Shown piece after piece: positions 27,728-37,623 of a stretch of DNA of 64,000 nucleotides. The notes under the pieces are model-generated. The model was not told where the DNA came from. It ran no database searches and worked only from the letters and a program-made list of their open reading frames with translations. The position numbers and the translations under genes were made by a program. Origin of the DNA: a virus; the IMG/VR virus record IMGVR_UViG_3300021401_000004, positions 28,961-92,960 of that record. One strand, 5' to 3'. Each line of letters starts with the position of its first letter. The stretch's first letter is position 1.

Positions 27728-28099
27728 ATGATTCGCACGTTAAACGAAAATGATCGCCCGCAAATCGAGGCGTGGATCGCCGCCGAGCCAACCCACGCAA
27801 GTAATACATTCGATTGGTATTCCGAGGCGGGGGCAAAATCCGTTATTTTTGAAGACGCCGAAGGCGCGGTTTTAGTGGCGAAATTTACGCCGTGTTTGAA
27901 AATCGATATTGATTTCTTGCCCGAAGCGGAACCCAGACGGGTAGCCCGCGCACTATCGGAAGGACTTAGCGAGATGGAAAAACAAGCCAAGCAGCAAGGG
28001 TTCAAACAGTTTTCGTTCGATTCTGTCTCGGGCAAGTTACGGGCGTTCTGCGAAAGGCTCGGGTTTATACCGTCGCCCGAACTTCGAAAGGTCCTATAG
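27728..28099 (+). CDS. GNAT-fold-like protein preceding the ejection proteins
   Basis: MIR.L...D start and F.ERLGF end; usual podovirus position. Confidence 0.5.
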   Translation: MIRTLNENDRPQIEAWIAAEPTHASNTFDWYSEAGAKSVIFEDAEGAVLVAKFTPCLKIDIDFLPEAEPRRVARALSEGLSEMEKQAKQQGFKQFSFDSVSGKLRAFCERLGFIPSPELRKVL

Positions 28100-28102
28100 A
28101 TT

Positions 28103-28714
28103 ATGTGTGGTGCGTCGAGTAGCGAGAAAAATTTAGCGAGCGAGCAGACTCAGAACTTCCAGACCTTACAAAACGAGGCTGGACAAGTTTTCGGGCAAAG
28201 CTCGCAGATTTTCAATCAGTTGAATTCGGCTTTTTCCCCGATTTTAGCCGCAGGTCCGGGGCAACCGGGTTACACGCCCGCAGAACTTTCTAATCTCCAG
28301 TCGCAGGCGGTCACGCAAGGCGGAATCGCAACTCGAAACGCTGAACAAGCCGCGGGCGAGCGGTCTGCTGCGGCGGGCGGGGGCACGGCAGTTCTTCCGA
28401 GCGGTGCTACAATGGGTATGGACGCCAATATCGCAGCAGCCGGGGCGTCAAATACCGCAAATAATCTGGCGCAGATTAATCTTAACAACGCGGCTTTAGG
28501 CAGGCAGAATTGGACTCAGGCTGCTGGCGTGCTTGCGGGCGCTCCGAGCGTATTCGGTGAAGCCAACTCGTTTAACTCTGGTGCCACAGGTTCAGGGCAA
28601 GCGGCTTTCGGTAGCGCGAACGCTATTAACCAGCAAAATCAGGCGTGGCAAGGGCAATTGATGGGAATACTCGGAGATGCAAGCCAGCTCGGGGCGGCGG
28701 CGATAAAAGCATAA
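28103..28714 (+). CDS. Putative internal virion (ejection) protein
   Basis: MCG start; A/G/Q/N-rich helical composition. Confidence 0.6.
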   Translation: MCGASSSEKNLASEQTQNFQTLQNEAGQVFGQSSQIFNQLNSAFSPILAAGPGQPGYTPAELSNLQSQAVTQGGIATRNAEQAAGERSAAAGGGTAVLPSGATMGMDANIAAAGASNTANNLAQINLNNAALGRQNWTQAAGVLAGAPSVFGEANSFNSGATGSGQAAFGSANAINQQNQAWQGQLMGILGDASQLGAAAIKA

Positions 28715-28717
28715 TCT

Positions 28718-30910
28718 ATGGCAGACGATCAAGTTCAACCGACAACTTCGGATAGCACGGAAACTCAGGTTACTCCTGCGGAAGTTCAGTCTTCTACGGG
28801 CGACCAGCCCAGTCCGCAAAACGGGCAAGCACCGCCCGATACTAGCAACTTACCTGTTAGCGGGCAAACCCCTATTCAGCCTCCGCAACCCGCCGATCCT
28901 CGGGATTCTCATCCCGCCGTTCAGCAGGCGGGGATCATGCGTCGCATAGGAGAAACGATTGCGGGCGGCCCGAGAATCAAAACGACGATTGACCCAAACA
29001 CGGGCGTAGTCACCCGTGAAAAACAGCCGCTCGACACAAAGGACATTCTTGTCGGCGCTTTGGCTAACATCCTCGGTGGCTTCGGGCAAGTTGCGAGCAA
29101 CGCCTCCGCCCGCCAAGCCGGACGGTCGCCCGCGCCCATTCAGCCTTTACCGACTCAAGTCGCGCAGCAGAAACAGGCCCAGCAGTCGCAAGCTGATTTC
29201 GAGCAAGAGCAGCAGACCAAAATCCAGAAGGCAAAAGTCCTTCAGGCGAACATGGAAGCCATGCGCTCGGCCTACGCTGCGGGCAAAGAAGATGACGAAG
29301 CCAAAGACTCGATTGTCTCGAATCACTCGGATGATCTGGAGAATTGGAAGAACTCGGGCGCAGTTGAAGCCTCGAATATTCCGTCAAACGAATTGATGCA
29401 GAAGGGGTTTGACAAGACTAAGTACGTCGCTATCCCCGACGGAAAAGTTCCAGTATTCGGGCCTAACGGTCAACGGGCGACCGACAATAACGGCGTTCCG
29501 CTGTCTCAGCTTACGTATTCGGTTGTGGACGGCACGACTCAAACGCCCCTAACGCAAGCAAAGTACAACCAGTTGGCGAAATACGGACTGATGTCGGCGA
29601 AGCAGGGGTTTAATTTGCCCGAAGGCGCGACGATTACCTCGGCATCGCTCGCCTTGATGAACCACAAACTGGACCTGATCCAACAGACGCAGCGGGAACT
29701 TGACGATGTTCACGATCAAGTAGGTGGGGATAAAGTCGATCTCGCGGAGCAGATCAAGAAGAACCCGCAAGTATTGTCCGCGATTGAGAAGTTCCATAAT
29801 GATGCTGCGAGCGCCGATCCGAACGATCAGATAAAGTCGATCCAGAAGAATCACCCACAGGCTGCGGGCATCATGTCGGAGTTGTTCGGGCAAGAGAATC
29901 TTGAGAAATTGTCGAATCAAAAAGCTGCTGATCTCGCGAAAGCGAAGGAAAAAGGGGTAACGGAAGGCCGCCTTGAAGCTGAAGGTGACAAGATGGATGA
30001 CAACAAAGCCGCCAGCATCTTGTCCGATCCCAAGTCTACGCCCCAAGATAAGCAGCGGGCGCAGGATTTCCTGAAAATAAAGGCCAATACCAAGTTTACG
30101 GATAAAGAACAGGAAATCAACGCTCAACGGGCGATTGAGGACAAAGATTTATCCACGGCGGCTAAAAACATTGTTTCGGGCAATCTCGCGCAAATCCGCG
30201 ATTTAGTCTCCTTCCGGGGGGATCAGAAAACCCGTGTCTATAACATGATCGCGGACGAGGCGAAGGCTCAAGGGAAAGACCCGAAGGATTATTCGCCCGC
30301 GAAACTCGAAGCTAAAACTAAAGTTCTTAACGACTTCAGCGACGGGAAAGCCGCTGACAGTATCGTGTCGTTCAACACGTTCCTCGGGCACGCGAATGAC
30401 GCTTTGTCTGCTACGGGCGCGATGCGCGGGCAGACGGGCAGCCCGCTTATCAACCGTCCTCTGAATTGGATCAGAAAGAACGCCGCCAACGACACGAACT
30501 TCCAAGCGTTCCAAACCGCTCTCGTTCCTGTACGGAAAGAGTACATGAGTTTCCTGAACAACAATCGGGCGGAGCACGAAGGCGATATCAAGGTAATGGA
30601 AACCGTGCTAAACGACGATTCTACGCCCGCCCAGATCGAATCAGCCTTAAAGAAACTCGGAGAAAGCGGCGATATCCGCCTTGCCGAGCTTGGCCGGAAA
30701 TACTCGAACACGATGGGCGACGAATATCCAAGTCTTCTGGCTCCCGAAAGCAAACAAGCTTTGCAGAGGATGGGCGTTCAGAGCAGAACTGTTACGAGCA
30801 CGAAGGACAAGCCCGTTACGCCCCCGAAGCCCGCACAAAACTTCGCGGCAACTAGCTCGGATGGAAAATGGGGTTACGACGGCAAGCAATGGGTAGCGAC
30901 GGGCAAATAA
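28718..30910 (+). CDS. Putative internal virion (ejection) protein
   Basis: 730 aa, helical, Q/K/D-rich. Confidence 0.6.
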   Translation: MADDQVQPTTSDSTETQVTPAEVQSSTGDQPSPQNGQAPPDTSNLPVSGQTPIQPPQPADPRDSHPAVQQAGIMRRIGETIAGGPRIKTTIDPNTGVVTREKQPLDTKDILVGALANILGGFGQVASNASARQAGRSPAPIQPLPTQVAQQKQAQQSQADFEQEQQTKIQKAKVLQANMEAMRSAYAAGKEDDEAKDSIVSNHSDDLENWKNSGAVEASNIPSNELMQKGFDKTKYVAIPDGKVPVFGPNGQRATDNNGVPLSQLTYSVVDGTTQTPLTQAKYNQLAKYGLMSAKQGFNLPEGATITSASLALMNHKLDLIQQTQRELDDVHDQVGGDKVDLAEQIKKNPQVLSAIEKFHNDAASADPNDQIKSIQKNHPQAAGIMSELFGQENLEKLSNQKAADLAKAKEKGVTEGRLEAEGDKMDDNKAASILSDPKSTPQDKQRAQDFLKIKANTKFTDKEQEINAQRAIEDKDLSTAAKNIVSGNLAQIRDLVSFRGDQKTRVYNMIADEAKAQGKDPKDYSPAKLEAKTKVLNDFSDGKAADSIVSFNTFLGHANDALSATGAMRGQTGSPLINRPLNWIRKNAANDTNFQAFQTALVPVRKEYMSFLNNNRAEHEGDIKVMETVLNDDSTPAQIESALKKLGESGDIRLAELGRKYSNTMGDEYPSLLAPESKQALQRMGVQSRTVTSTKDKPVTPPKPAQNFAATSSDGKWGYDGKQWVATGK

Positions 30911-30913
30911 AAT

Positions 30914-32974
30914 ATGGCTGACGATAACAATCAGATTCCAGCACCGCCTAGTGGAACTACAGTCCAAGCGCAGCCACAGGCTCAACCTGCGGGCGGGCAA
31001 ATTCCTCCGCCCCCCTCGGGCGATATCGTTATGGTGCAGCCCGCTAGTACGGAAAGCGGACAGCCCGAAGAGTCTACGCTCGGCAAGATCGGCGATGTTG
31101 CGGGCGATGTTTCGTCGGGCTTCGGAAACGCCCTGATGGATACGGTTCACGGAATCGGAACCCTGCTCAATAAGGTTCCGGGCGTTGGGGAAACGCTCGC
31201 CCCTACTGAAGGATTGGCCGCCGAGAAAAAAGGCATACAAAGCCCGGAAGGAACCGCCCAATGGGTAGGATACGGCGGGGAGAATCTCGCGGAATTCATG
31301 CTCGGCGACGAGGCCCTGAAAGGCTTGTCGATGGCCGACAAGTTCAAACAGATTTCGGGCGCGATGGGTCTTCTTGAGAAAAGCCCGAGATTGATGCGGG
31401 CGATTCAGATGGGTGCTGACGTAGGAAAAGCTACGGGCGAACTTGGCGAGGAAGCCAAAGCTCTGATCCAAAAGAATCCGTTACTTGCCCGATTAGTCGG
31501 GGCGGGAATGGACGCGCTCCGCCAAGGCGCGGTTGCGGGCGCTCAGGAGACAGCGAAAACTGGTAGTCCGGAAAAAGGATTGAAGGCGGGCGTTGAGCAG
31601 GGCGCGACTTCGGGCGTGCTTGGAGCGGCCTTTGGGACGCTCGGAAGAGTAGCGGAAAAAGCAGGCGAGGCGGGGAAAGCGGTTCAGGAAGCGTCGGAAG
31701 CGGGGAAGAATGCTCCAAGTGCTTTGGATATCGGGCAGAAGGTTGCCGATCAGATTAACGACGCCGAAACCAAGATGCACGGCGACTTTGAGTCCGGAAT
31801 CCAGAAGCTCAAGGGAGATTTGGGTGACCAAAAAGTCCCGTATCAAGGTAGCCCGTTACAGAAAGCCGCGAAAGCGACCCTCGAAGGAATTACCGACAAG
31901 CAAATTGTTCCAGGGAAAACGGAAGCTACTGGCGTCTTAGATGAATTCGGGCAACCGATCACGAAACAAGGCGCAGATACAACCGTTCGAACTACCAAGG
32001 GCGCGTTGCCCGAATTCGGAAGTCTTGCGGGCGGATCGCCCGAAAGCAAGAATATTCTAACAGCTTTGGCTGATCCCAAGAAAACGGGCGACCTTACAAT
32101 TGACGAGCTTATCCAGCGACGCCAGCAACTCGGGGAAAAGATTGGAGTGCTGACGAAAGGCGGAACTAGCTCGGCGGATCGGGCCGACGTTCAAGTTTAC
32201 CAGAAACTACGCGACGGAATCGACGACACAATCGCGAATCTTGCGAAGAAGTCTGGGAAGCCCGAGGCCGCGCAGGATTATGATGCTTTGCGCTCGGCGT
32301 ACAAAGACAAAGTAAAGTTATTCCAGAGTCCAGCGATGCAGGCTATGTCTGCGCCAGGAGTTGCGAGCGACGTGAAACTTGATAACGCCGCAAAGTATTT
32401 ACTCCAAGGCGGGAACAAGCTTGACAAGATCAACACGTTGACCGAGACAATCGGGGAGCCCGCCGTAAAGGACTTGGGAAAAGGAATCCTCCAGAGCAAG
32501 TTAGCCGAAGCTAGCGCGGGCGGGCAAATTAACCCCGCGAAGTTCGTCAAGAACTTTAAGCAGATTGACCAGCTCCCGCCGGAAGTGAAGGAGAAATTGT
32601 TTGATTCGGGCGACGCTCAGAAGGGTTTGGATAAGCTTTCGGGCGACTTGAAAACAGCAGCAAACTATCAGAAGCTTATTCGAGCGGGAATCGTACTCAA
32701 TCCGGTTAGCGGAATGGGGCTATTGCTAGGGTCGCTTGCAAGCGGGGATGCGGAAGGTGCCCGCGAACTTCTCGATAAAATCGCCAACCGCCCCGGAATG
32801 TGGTCCGCTTTCCGTACAGCGGGAAAGATTGGGGCGACTCTAGAAGCATCGTCCGCAGCCCGCAGAGTTGGAACGGCGGCCAAAGGCGCTCTTGGAAACG
32901 TCCTTCAGGGGGCAACCGAACCACTGTCGCAGCCCGAAGATCAGGATCAACAAGTCGTTTACACGAACCAATAA
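30914..32974 (+). CDS. Putative internal virion (ejection) protein
   Basis: 686 aa, A/G/K-rich helical, PPP.G N-terminal motifs. Confidence 0.6.
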   Translation: MADDNNQIPAPPSGTTVQAQPQAQPAGGQIPPPPSGDIVMVQPASTESGQPEESTLGKIGDVAGDVSSGFGNALMDTVHGIGTLLNKVPGVGETLAPTEGLAAEKKGIQSPEGTAQWVGYGGENLAEFMLGDEALKGLSMADKFKQISGAMGLLEKSPRLMRAIQMGADVGKATGELGEEAKALIQKNPLLARLVGAGMDALRQGAVAGAQETAKTGSPEKGLKAGVEQGATSGVLGAAFGTLGRVAEKAGEAGKAVQEASEAGKNAPSALDIGQKVADQINDAETKMHGDFESGIQKLKGDLGDQKVPYQGSPLQKAAKATLEGITDKQIVPGKTEATGVLDEFGQPITKQGADTTVRTTKGALPEFGSLAGGSPESKNILTALADPKKTGDLTIDELIQRRQQLGEKIGVLTKGGTSSADRADVQVYQKLRDGIDDTIANLAKKSGKPEAAQDYDALRSAYKDKVKLFQSPAMQAMSAPGVASDVKLDNAAKYLLQGGNKLDKINTLTETIGEPAVKDLGKGILQSKLAEASAGGQINPAKFVKNFKQIDQLPPEVKEKLFDSGDAQKGLDKLSGDLKTAANYQKLIRAGIVLNPVSGMGLLLGSLASGDAEGARELLDKIANRPGMWSAFRTAGKIGATLEASSAARRVGTAAKGALGNVLQGATEPLSQPEDQDQQVVYTNQ

Positions 32975-32995
32975 TTGCTAACTGTAGGTATACAA

Positions 32996-33142
32996 ATGCC
33001 CTTCAAATCAGTCGCGCAGCAGAAATATCTTTACTCACACCCGACAATTCTCGGGCGAAAAGCACTGAAAGAGTGGAGCGAAAAGACCAACTTCAAAGCT
33101 CTGCCCGAAAAGAAATCCCCAAAGAAATCAGGTAAAAAGTAA
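32996..33142 (+). CDS. Small basic protein (MPFKS.AQ type), absent from ORF track
   Basis: MPFKSVAQQKYLYSHP..EWSEKT.FK.LPEK; TAATG-coupled to the next ORF. Confidence 0.65.
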   Translation: MPFKSVAQQKYLYSHPTILGRKALKEWSEKTNFKALPEKKSPKKSGKK

Positions 33143-33378
33143 TGTCGATGAATCCCCAAACTATTCCTACTCCCCTTCAATGCAAGAACTGCGGTGGATC
33201 GTTCTCGGACGGCAAATGCCAGTCCTGCGGAAGCCGTGTAGCCATCGCCCGAAGTCAATTTGAAACTGACCAGCATCTTCGGTCAAGATTAGACGGCGGG
33301 GCTTACTTCGTGCATTTCGGGAAGCTCGAAGAACCAGGACGCCCGGAACCAGAGCTTCATACGGATGAGGAAGAGTAG
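33142..33378 (+). CDS. Small Zn-ribbon protein
   Basis: CKNCG..CQSCG. Confidence 0.5.
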   Translation: MSMNPQTIPTPLQCKNCGGSFSDGKCQSCGSRVAIARSQFETDQHLRSRLDGGAYFVHFGKLEEPGRPEPELHTDEEE

Positions 33379-34140
33379 GCTAAAGGCCCGCTAGATAGTC
33401 TGCGGGCGATTCGTTCGGACAGGATATTCCATGCAGTTGCAGCCACGAGTGGAATTTGTCCGTTTCCAATGGCGTGGATGCGGTCCATGTAGTTGGCCAC
33501 CCCATTGCCGCCTCTGCAAAGTTGGGGTCGGTATATATCGGGTCGGTCTCTGAAGTCCTCAATCCCTCGGACATTTTGGCACCACGGTATTGCGGGCTTC
33601 CACGGAATCGAACTTTTGAGGAGCCCTTGTATTCGCTGGCTCCGAGGGTTGGCAGCGAGAATCCATATTCGTTCTCTTTTTATGCCAAGCTCCGCAGGCT
33701 TTGCCTGAAAGCACTCCCCATTCCGCATCATACCCCATTTGGGCAATATCCCGCAAAACTCTGGATAACCCGCGTTTGGTAAGCAGTGGGCTATTTTCAA
33801 TCCATACAAGGGGAGCTTCACATTCTCGGGCGATTCTAGGGAAATGCGACCATAGGCCGCTTCGTTCTCCATCCAGACCGAGACCCGTTCCTGCGGCGGC
33901 AACGTCTTGGCAAGGAAAGCCGCCCGAAACCACGTCAACAATTCCTCGCCACGGGTGTCCGTTGAAGGTACAAACATCGTCCCAAATGGGAAACGGAAGA
34001 AGGATGCCGTCATTCTGCCGTTGCATGAGGATTCGGGCGCAGTAGGGGTTGATTTCCACGGCACACACGGCTCTCCATCCGAGCAGTTTGCTCGCGAGAA
34101 TTCCTCCACCAGCGCCCGCGAAAAGTGCCAACTCATTCAT
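33357..34140 (-). pseudogene. C5-cytosine methyltransferase with nested alternative-frame subunit; +1 frameshift at 33677-33681
   Basis: LFAGAGG, GGFPCQD and ENS lie in one frame; RERIWI and motif X (IGNGQ) in another. Removing one base of the A5 run restores both frames. Confidence 0.8.
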
Positions 34141-34156
34141 AGTTCCTCAGATTGAA

Positions 34157-34185
34157 ATTATACGGAAAACGGAGTAGAAAGTCAA
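34157..34185 (-). promoter_or_regulatory. sigma70 promoter containing the repeated 11-mer
   Basis: TTGACT-ttctactcCGTTTTCCG-TATAAT with 17-nt spacer. Confidence 0.8.
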
Positions 34186-34449
34186 ATGGCTGACGAAGGA
34201 CAAGGTGCTCCCGCAGATTTTGGCGGGCGAGTTCTACCTAACCCAACGGGGATAAAGCCGACTTCGAGCGAAGACGATGCCCGTAAATCCGACACGCCCG
34301 TGGGGGCAAAGTTCAGCGTCCAAAACGCTCCCGCAGATCAGGACAAGGCGAACGGGATTAGCCCGCACCCTCTGCATTTATACGCGGCTAAGCGCGGCGC
34401 TCCCGTCCGAAAACTCGGGGCGTCGCCCGTAGACCCTAAACAACACTAG
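34186..34449 (+). CDS. Hypothetical protein
   Basis: GGAG ribosome-binding site; ORF. Confidence 0.55.
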   Translation: MADEGQGAPADFGGRVLPNPTGIKPTSSEDDARKSDTPVGAKFSVQNAPADQDKANGISPHPLHLYAAKRGAPVRKLGASPVDPKQH

Positions 34450-34466
34450 TACGGAAAAAGGATTCT

Positions 34467-34877
34467 ATGGCAAGCACGAACTCCGAACTCTATATCAAAG
34501 CCCAACTTATAGAATGCGCTTGGAAATACGGGCAACATTATGGCGGGACACCCGCTATGTTGAACATTCTCCACACGTTGAAGAACAGAGAGAAAGCGGG
34601 CTTCGGAACCTATCTTCACGTTCTTGACACGGTTGACAAATGGCACGCCGCGCCTCCGAAGACAACGCAGCACCCCGACGCCTGGGATCGACGGTTTCTT
34701 TCGCTGTACAACGATATTGACGGGATTTGCGACGACACCCGAAAAGATTCAAGCAACGGTGCTTTGTATTGGGGCGACCTAGCTGACGTTCAATCCGAGT
34801 GGTGGTTAACCCACGTCGCCCGAAATCCCGAACGGGTAAGATGCGCCGACATGGGAAGTTTAACATTTTTTAAATAA
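34467..34877 (+). CDS. Possible cell-wall hydrolase (SleB/Hydrolase_2-like)
   Basis: I..T..NR...G and D.S.GALYW; C-terminal G..TFF. Confidence 0.45.
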   Translation: MASTNSELYIKAQLIECAWKYGQHYGGTPAMLNILHTLKNREKAGFGTYLHVLDTVDKWHAAPPKTTQHPDAWDRRFLSLYNDIDGICDDTRKDSSNGALYWGDLADVQSEWWLTHVARNPERVRCADMGSLTFFK

Positions 34878-34887
34878 GGATAAACCG

Positions 34888-35265
34888 ATGAGCGTTTCAA
34901 CAGTTCCTATTTCCACGCCCGCTAGCTCGTATATCTTTACCGATACGGCGATGGGCAACACCGCCGACGACATCAAGGCATCCAGCGCCCTTGTTTATTG
35001 GGTTCAGGTGACTAATTCCACGGTTTCCGCTATATATGTGAAGCTGGCGAACGCAACCTCGGCGACGGTCGGAACCACTAACCCGGACGTTTGCCTGATG
35101 GTTCCGGGGAGCAGTGAGCAGACCTTTTACTTCGTGAATTCAGGGGCATCGACTCCCGGATTAACTTTTGGAACGGGCTTGGTCGCTTGGTGCGTAACAG
35201 GCTCGGCTGTCGGCTCTACGACTTCTCCGGCAACTAGTTGCGCGGTCAGTATCAATTACGTCTAG
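34888..35265 (+). CDS. Putative virion protein
   Basis: Beta-rich S/T/A composition. Confidence 0.6.
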   Translation: MSVSTVPISTPASSYIFTDTAMGNTADDIKASSALVYWVQVTNSTVSAIYVKLANATSATVGTTNPDVCLMVPGSSEQTFYFVNSGASTPGLTFGTGLVAWCVTGSAVGSTTSPATSCAVSINYV

Positions 35266-35273
35266 AGGACTAA

Positions 35274-36272
35274 ATGGCGACAGTTCAGATATATGGCGGT
35301 GGCTTCACACTCGCAGACGGGCAACCGATTGCGTTTTCCTCGGGCGTTCCGAATCCGTACGGGACTATAACTTTCCGTCTTTCTCAAGACGCTACCGTTC
35401 TCAACACCAATCAGATTTGCCCGCCTACTGTTTCTTTCGCTCTCAATAATTTAGGCAGCATTCCACAATCCGCGAACGCCCAACTCTGGCCGAATACCGC
35501 CCTTGTCCCTTCGGGCACGTTCTACTACATGGCCGTCTATGACGGTACGGGTGCTTTGGTTTTCGGCCCGACCAACGTCGTGATTATGGGCCCCGGCCCG
35601 ATCAATCTTGCGACGCTAACGCCCGCAAGTTCTAGCGTTAGTTATCCTGGAGCGGTCCTTCTGAACCCTTCGGGCGACCAGACGATTCAGGATTTCAGCC
35701 TCTTGCCTGCGGCGGGCAACACGACTCAGAGCCTCGGGTTTCAGGGCGCAGAATGGGACGCCTCGCTACTTAACGTCGGTATTTACGGGAAACTTACCGA
35801 TGGCCTTGGGTTTCAGGGAACTTCGGGCGAAGTTTTGACATCTACGGGAGTTGGGGTTCAATGGGGGCCGCCTGGAGCAGGGCCACAAGGCCCGCAAGGA
35901 GTTCAAGGGCCCAGAGGGTTTCAGGGGTTTCAAGGCCCGCAAGGGTCAACAAATACAACGCAGATTTCGGGCGTAACCGTAAGCGGAACTCCGGCTGCCG
36001 GACAAGTATTAACCGCGACTTCTTCATCCGCCGCTGATTGGCAGACGGGCTTAATAATTCCGCCGACTAACGGGCTTCGGTTTGAATACGGTACGGCCAC
36101 GGGAAGCACTACTGTGAACTTCAGTCCCGCATTCAGTGGAACCCCGAACGTGTTGTTAAGCACAGGCCCCGGTACGGGGACGACTCAGTTGAACACCACG
36201 TCGGCTTCAAGTTTCACTACGGTAAGTTCTGATGGATCGCCGTTTACTTGGTTTGCGATAGGGCCCGCGTAG
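35274..36272 (+). CDS. Tail fibre protein with GxQ stretch
   Basis: GT.GEVLTSTG.GV.W, GxQ repeats, C-terminal V.F..AF...P.V..W.AIG tip domain. Confidence 0.7.
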   Translation: MATVQIYGGGFTLADGQPIAFSSGVPNPYGTITFRLSQDATVLNTNQICPPTVSFALNNLGSIPQSANAQLWPNTALVPSGTFYYMAVYDGTGALVFGPTNVVIMGPGPINLATLTPASSSVSYPGAVLLNPSGDQTIQDFSLLPAAGNTTQSLGFQGAEWDASLLNVGIYGKLTDGLGFQGTSGEVLTSTGVGVQWGPPGAGPQGPQGVQGPRGFQGFQGPQGSTNTTQISGVTVSGTPAAGQVLTATSSSAADWQTGLIIPPTNGLRFEYGTATGSTTVNFSPAFSGTPNVLLSTGPGTGTTQLNTTSASSFTTVSSDGSPFTWFAIGPA

Positions 36273-36306
36273 TACGGAAAACGTATAAATCGCCCGAAAG
36301 GAAAAT

Positions 36307-36528
36307 ATGGAAATCGAGCATCACGAGAGACGGGAATACAATCTACAGATGGCGTCTGATATCGGGCAAATTAAGGGTATGCTCGAAAGTCTTGCGGGCG
36401 AGCACGGGCGCGTCACAATGCTCGAAGACGCCCAGAAGACCGCCGACACCCGATTCTGGATTCAGAGCGCCGTGATCGTCCCCCTAGTCGGGGCGTTCCA
36501 TGTTGTCGCCAAGAAGATCGGGCTTTAG
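36307..36528 (+). CDS. Small coiled-coil plus TM protein (holin/lysis-like)
   Basis: RV..LE coil then a hydrophobic tail; last + strand gene. Confidence 0.5.
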   Translation: MEIEHHERREYNLQMASDIGQIKGMLESLAGEHGRVTMLEDAQKTADTRFWIQSAVIVPLVGAFHVVAKKIGL

Positions 36529-36776
36529 TTCGTTTTCTGTATTTTCTTACGAGCTTTCTTCGTCTTCGCTACCGCTTCTAAAGCCGCCAATCGTTCGGAC
36601 AATTCCTGAATGAAAGAATCTTTCTTGGGATCAAAGCAGTCCTTGGCCCCGAGTTTCTTGTCGATCTCCGCGAGCCTTCGGATAATGTCTGACATATCTT
36701 GTACTACGGGATACGGCCATTTTTGAATCGGGCCCCATTGCTGGGAACTGTCAATCATAGCACTAACTACGCACAT
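36525..36776 (-). CDS. Hypothetical protein
   Basis: AGGAA ribosome-binding site; last gene of the - strand block. Confidence 0.6.
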   Translation of the reverse strand: MCVVSAMIDSSQQWGPIQKWPYPVVQDMSDIIRRLAEIDKKLGAKDCFDPKKDSFIQELSERLAALEAVAKTKKARKKIQKTN

Positions 36777-36784
36777 ATTTCCTC

Positions 36785-37210
36785 CTATTTAGCTCCTCGG
36801 GCAATTGGAGCGCCTTCGGATTCAAGTTCCAGTTGCAAAATTGCGAGCGCCCGCCAAGCCATCTTCGCCGAGTGGCGATGCCCGTCAACATCCAAAGTTC
36901 CGCGCTCCAGGAAATGGCGAATCAGAGTATCCGCTTGATCTCCGGATTTTCCTCGCGACCAGTGAAGTTCTTGACCAGGGTTGTGCTGCTCATTGCCCGC
37001 ATAAGAGACGGCGGCGACAGCGGCTAGGGCTGCCGGGAAGTAATCTAGGACGCCCGTACCAATCGGAATTTTCTTTCTTTCAGTAGCGGATTCGGGCAGG
37101 ATTGATTTCTTTTCGCCCGTAACCAGAAACTGCGTCGGCTTATCTTCAACGTAAGCTACAGGCGTCGCCCGCAGAGAATCGGGCTCCCGCCCTTCAGACT
37201 TACTAATCAT
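36785..37210 (-). CDS. dATP/dGTP diphosphohydrolase-like (DUF5664)
   Basis: ERK..P...G.LDYFP.AL..VA..S..GN.QHNPG..LHW.R.KS..LIRH..H..AWRALA.LQ. Confidence 0.75.
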   Translation of the reverse strand: MISKSEGREPDSLRATPVAYVEDKPTQFLVTGEKKSILPESATERKKIPIGTGVLDYFPAALAAVAAVSYAGNEQHNPGQELHWSRGKSGDQADTLIRHFLERGTLDVDGHRHSAKMAWRALAILQLELESEGAPIARGAK

Positions 37211-37218
37211 TACGTCTC

Positions 37219-37623
37219 CTAGACAATAATAGCTTTGGTTAAGGTTGCCTTGAGTTCTTCCCAAGTGTTGAACTGGTTGAACTCGGGCAGCCAATGAAAT
37301 AGGTTCTCCCGAGGCCCGCAGATCAGCAGGGACTTTCCGAGTGCGTGAGCAAAACCCGCCTCGTGCATTCGCCCGCCGCGATGAAACGGAACCAGAGGGT
37401 CTTGGGTGAACAATATGATAGCGTCCGCTGAAAGGATTTCATTCAAGTCTTTTCGGGCATGGGTGCGGAGGTATTCGTCCGAAACCTCGTGCAGTTTAGC
37501 ATTGCCCGAAATATCCTCGTAAGGCCAAGTCGATGTTACAAATATGCCGAGATTCTCAAGCTCTTGAGACTTCTCGGCAATTTCGTTTTTACGGGAAAAG
37601 CCTGCTGCTAGGTAGACTTTCAT
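37219..37623 (-). CDS. Nucleoside 2-deoxyribosyltransferase-like protein
   Basis: MKVYLA..DL..I..AD..GG...E.G.A.ALGK. Confidence 0.7.
   Translation of the reverse strand: MKVYLAAGFSRKNEIAEKSQELENLGIFVTSTWPYEDISGNAKLHEVSDEYLRTHARKDLNEILSADAIILFTQDPLVPFHRGGRMHEAGFAHALGKSLLICGPRENLFHWLPEFNQFNTWEELKATLTKAIIV

Noticed and set aside
21193-31846. Long antisense ORFs such as 21193-22230 and 30647-31471
   Set aside because: They shadow well-supported + strand genes and lack motifs or start signals.
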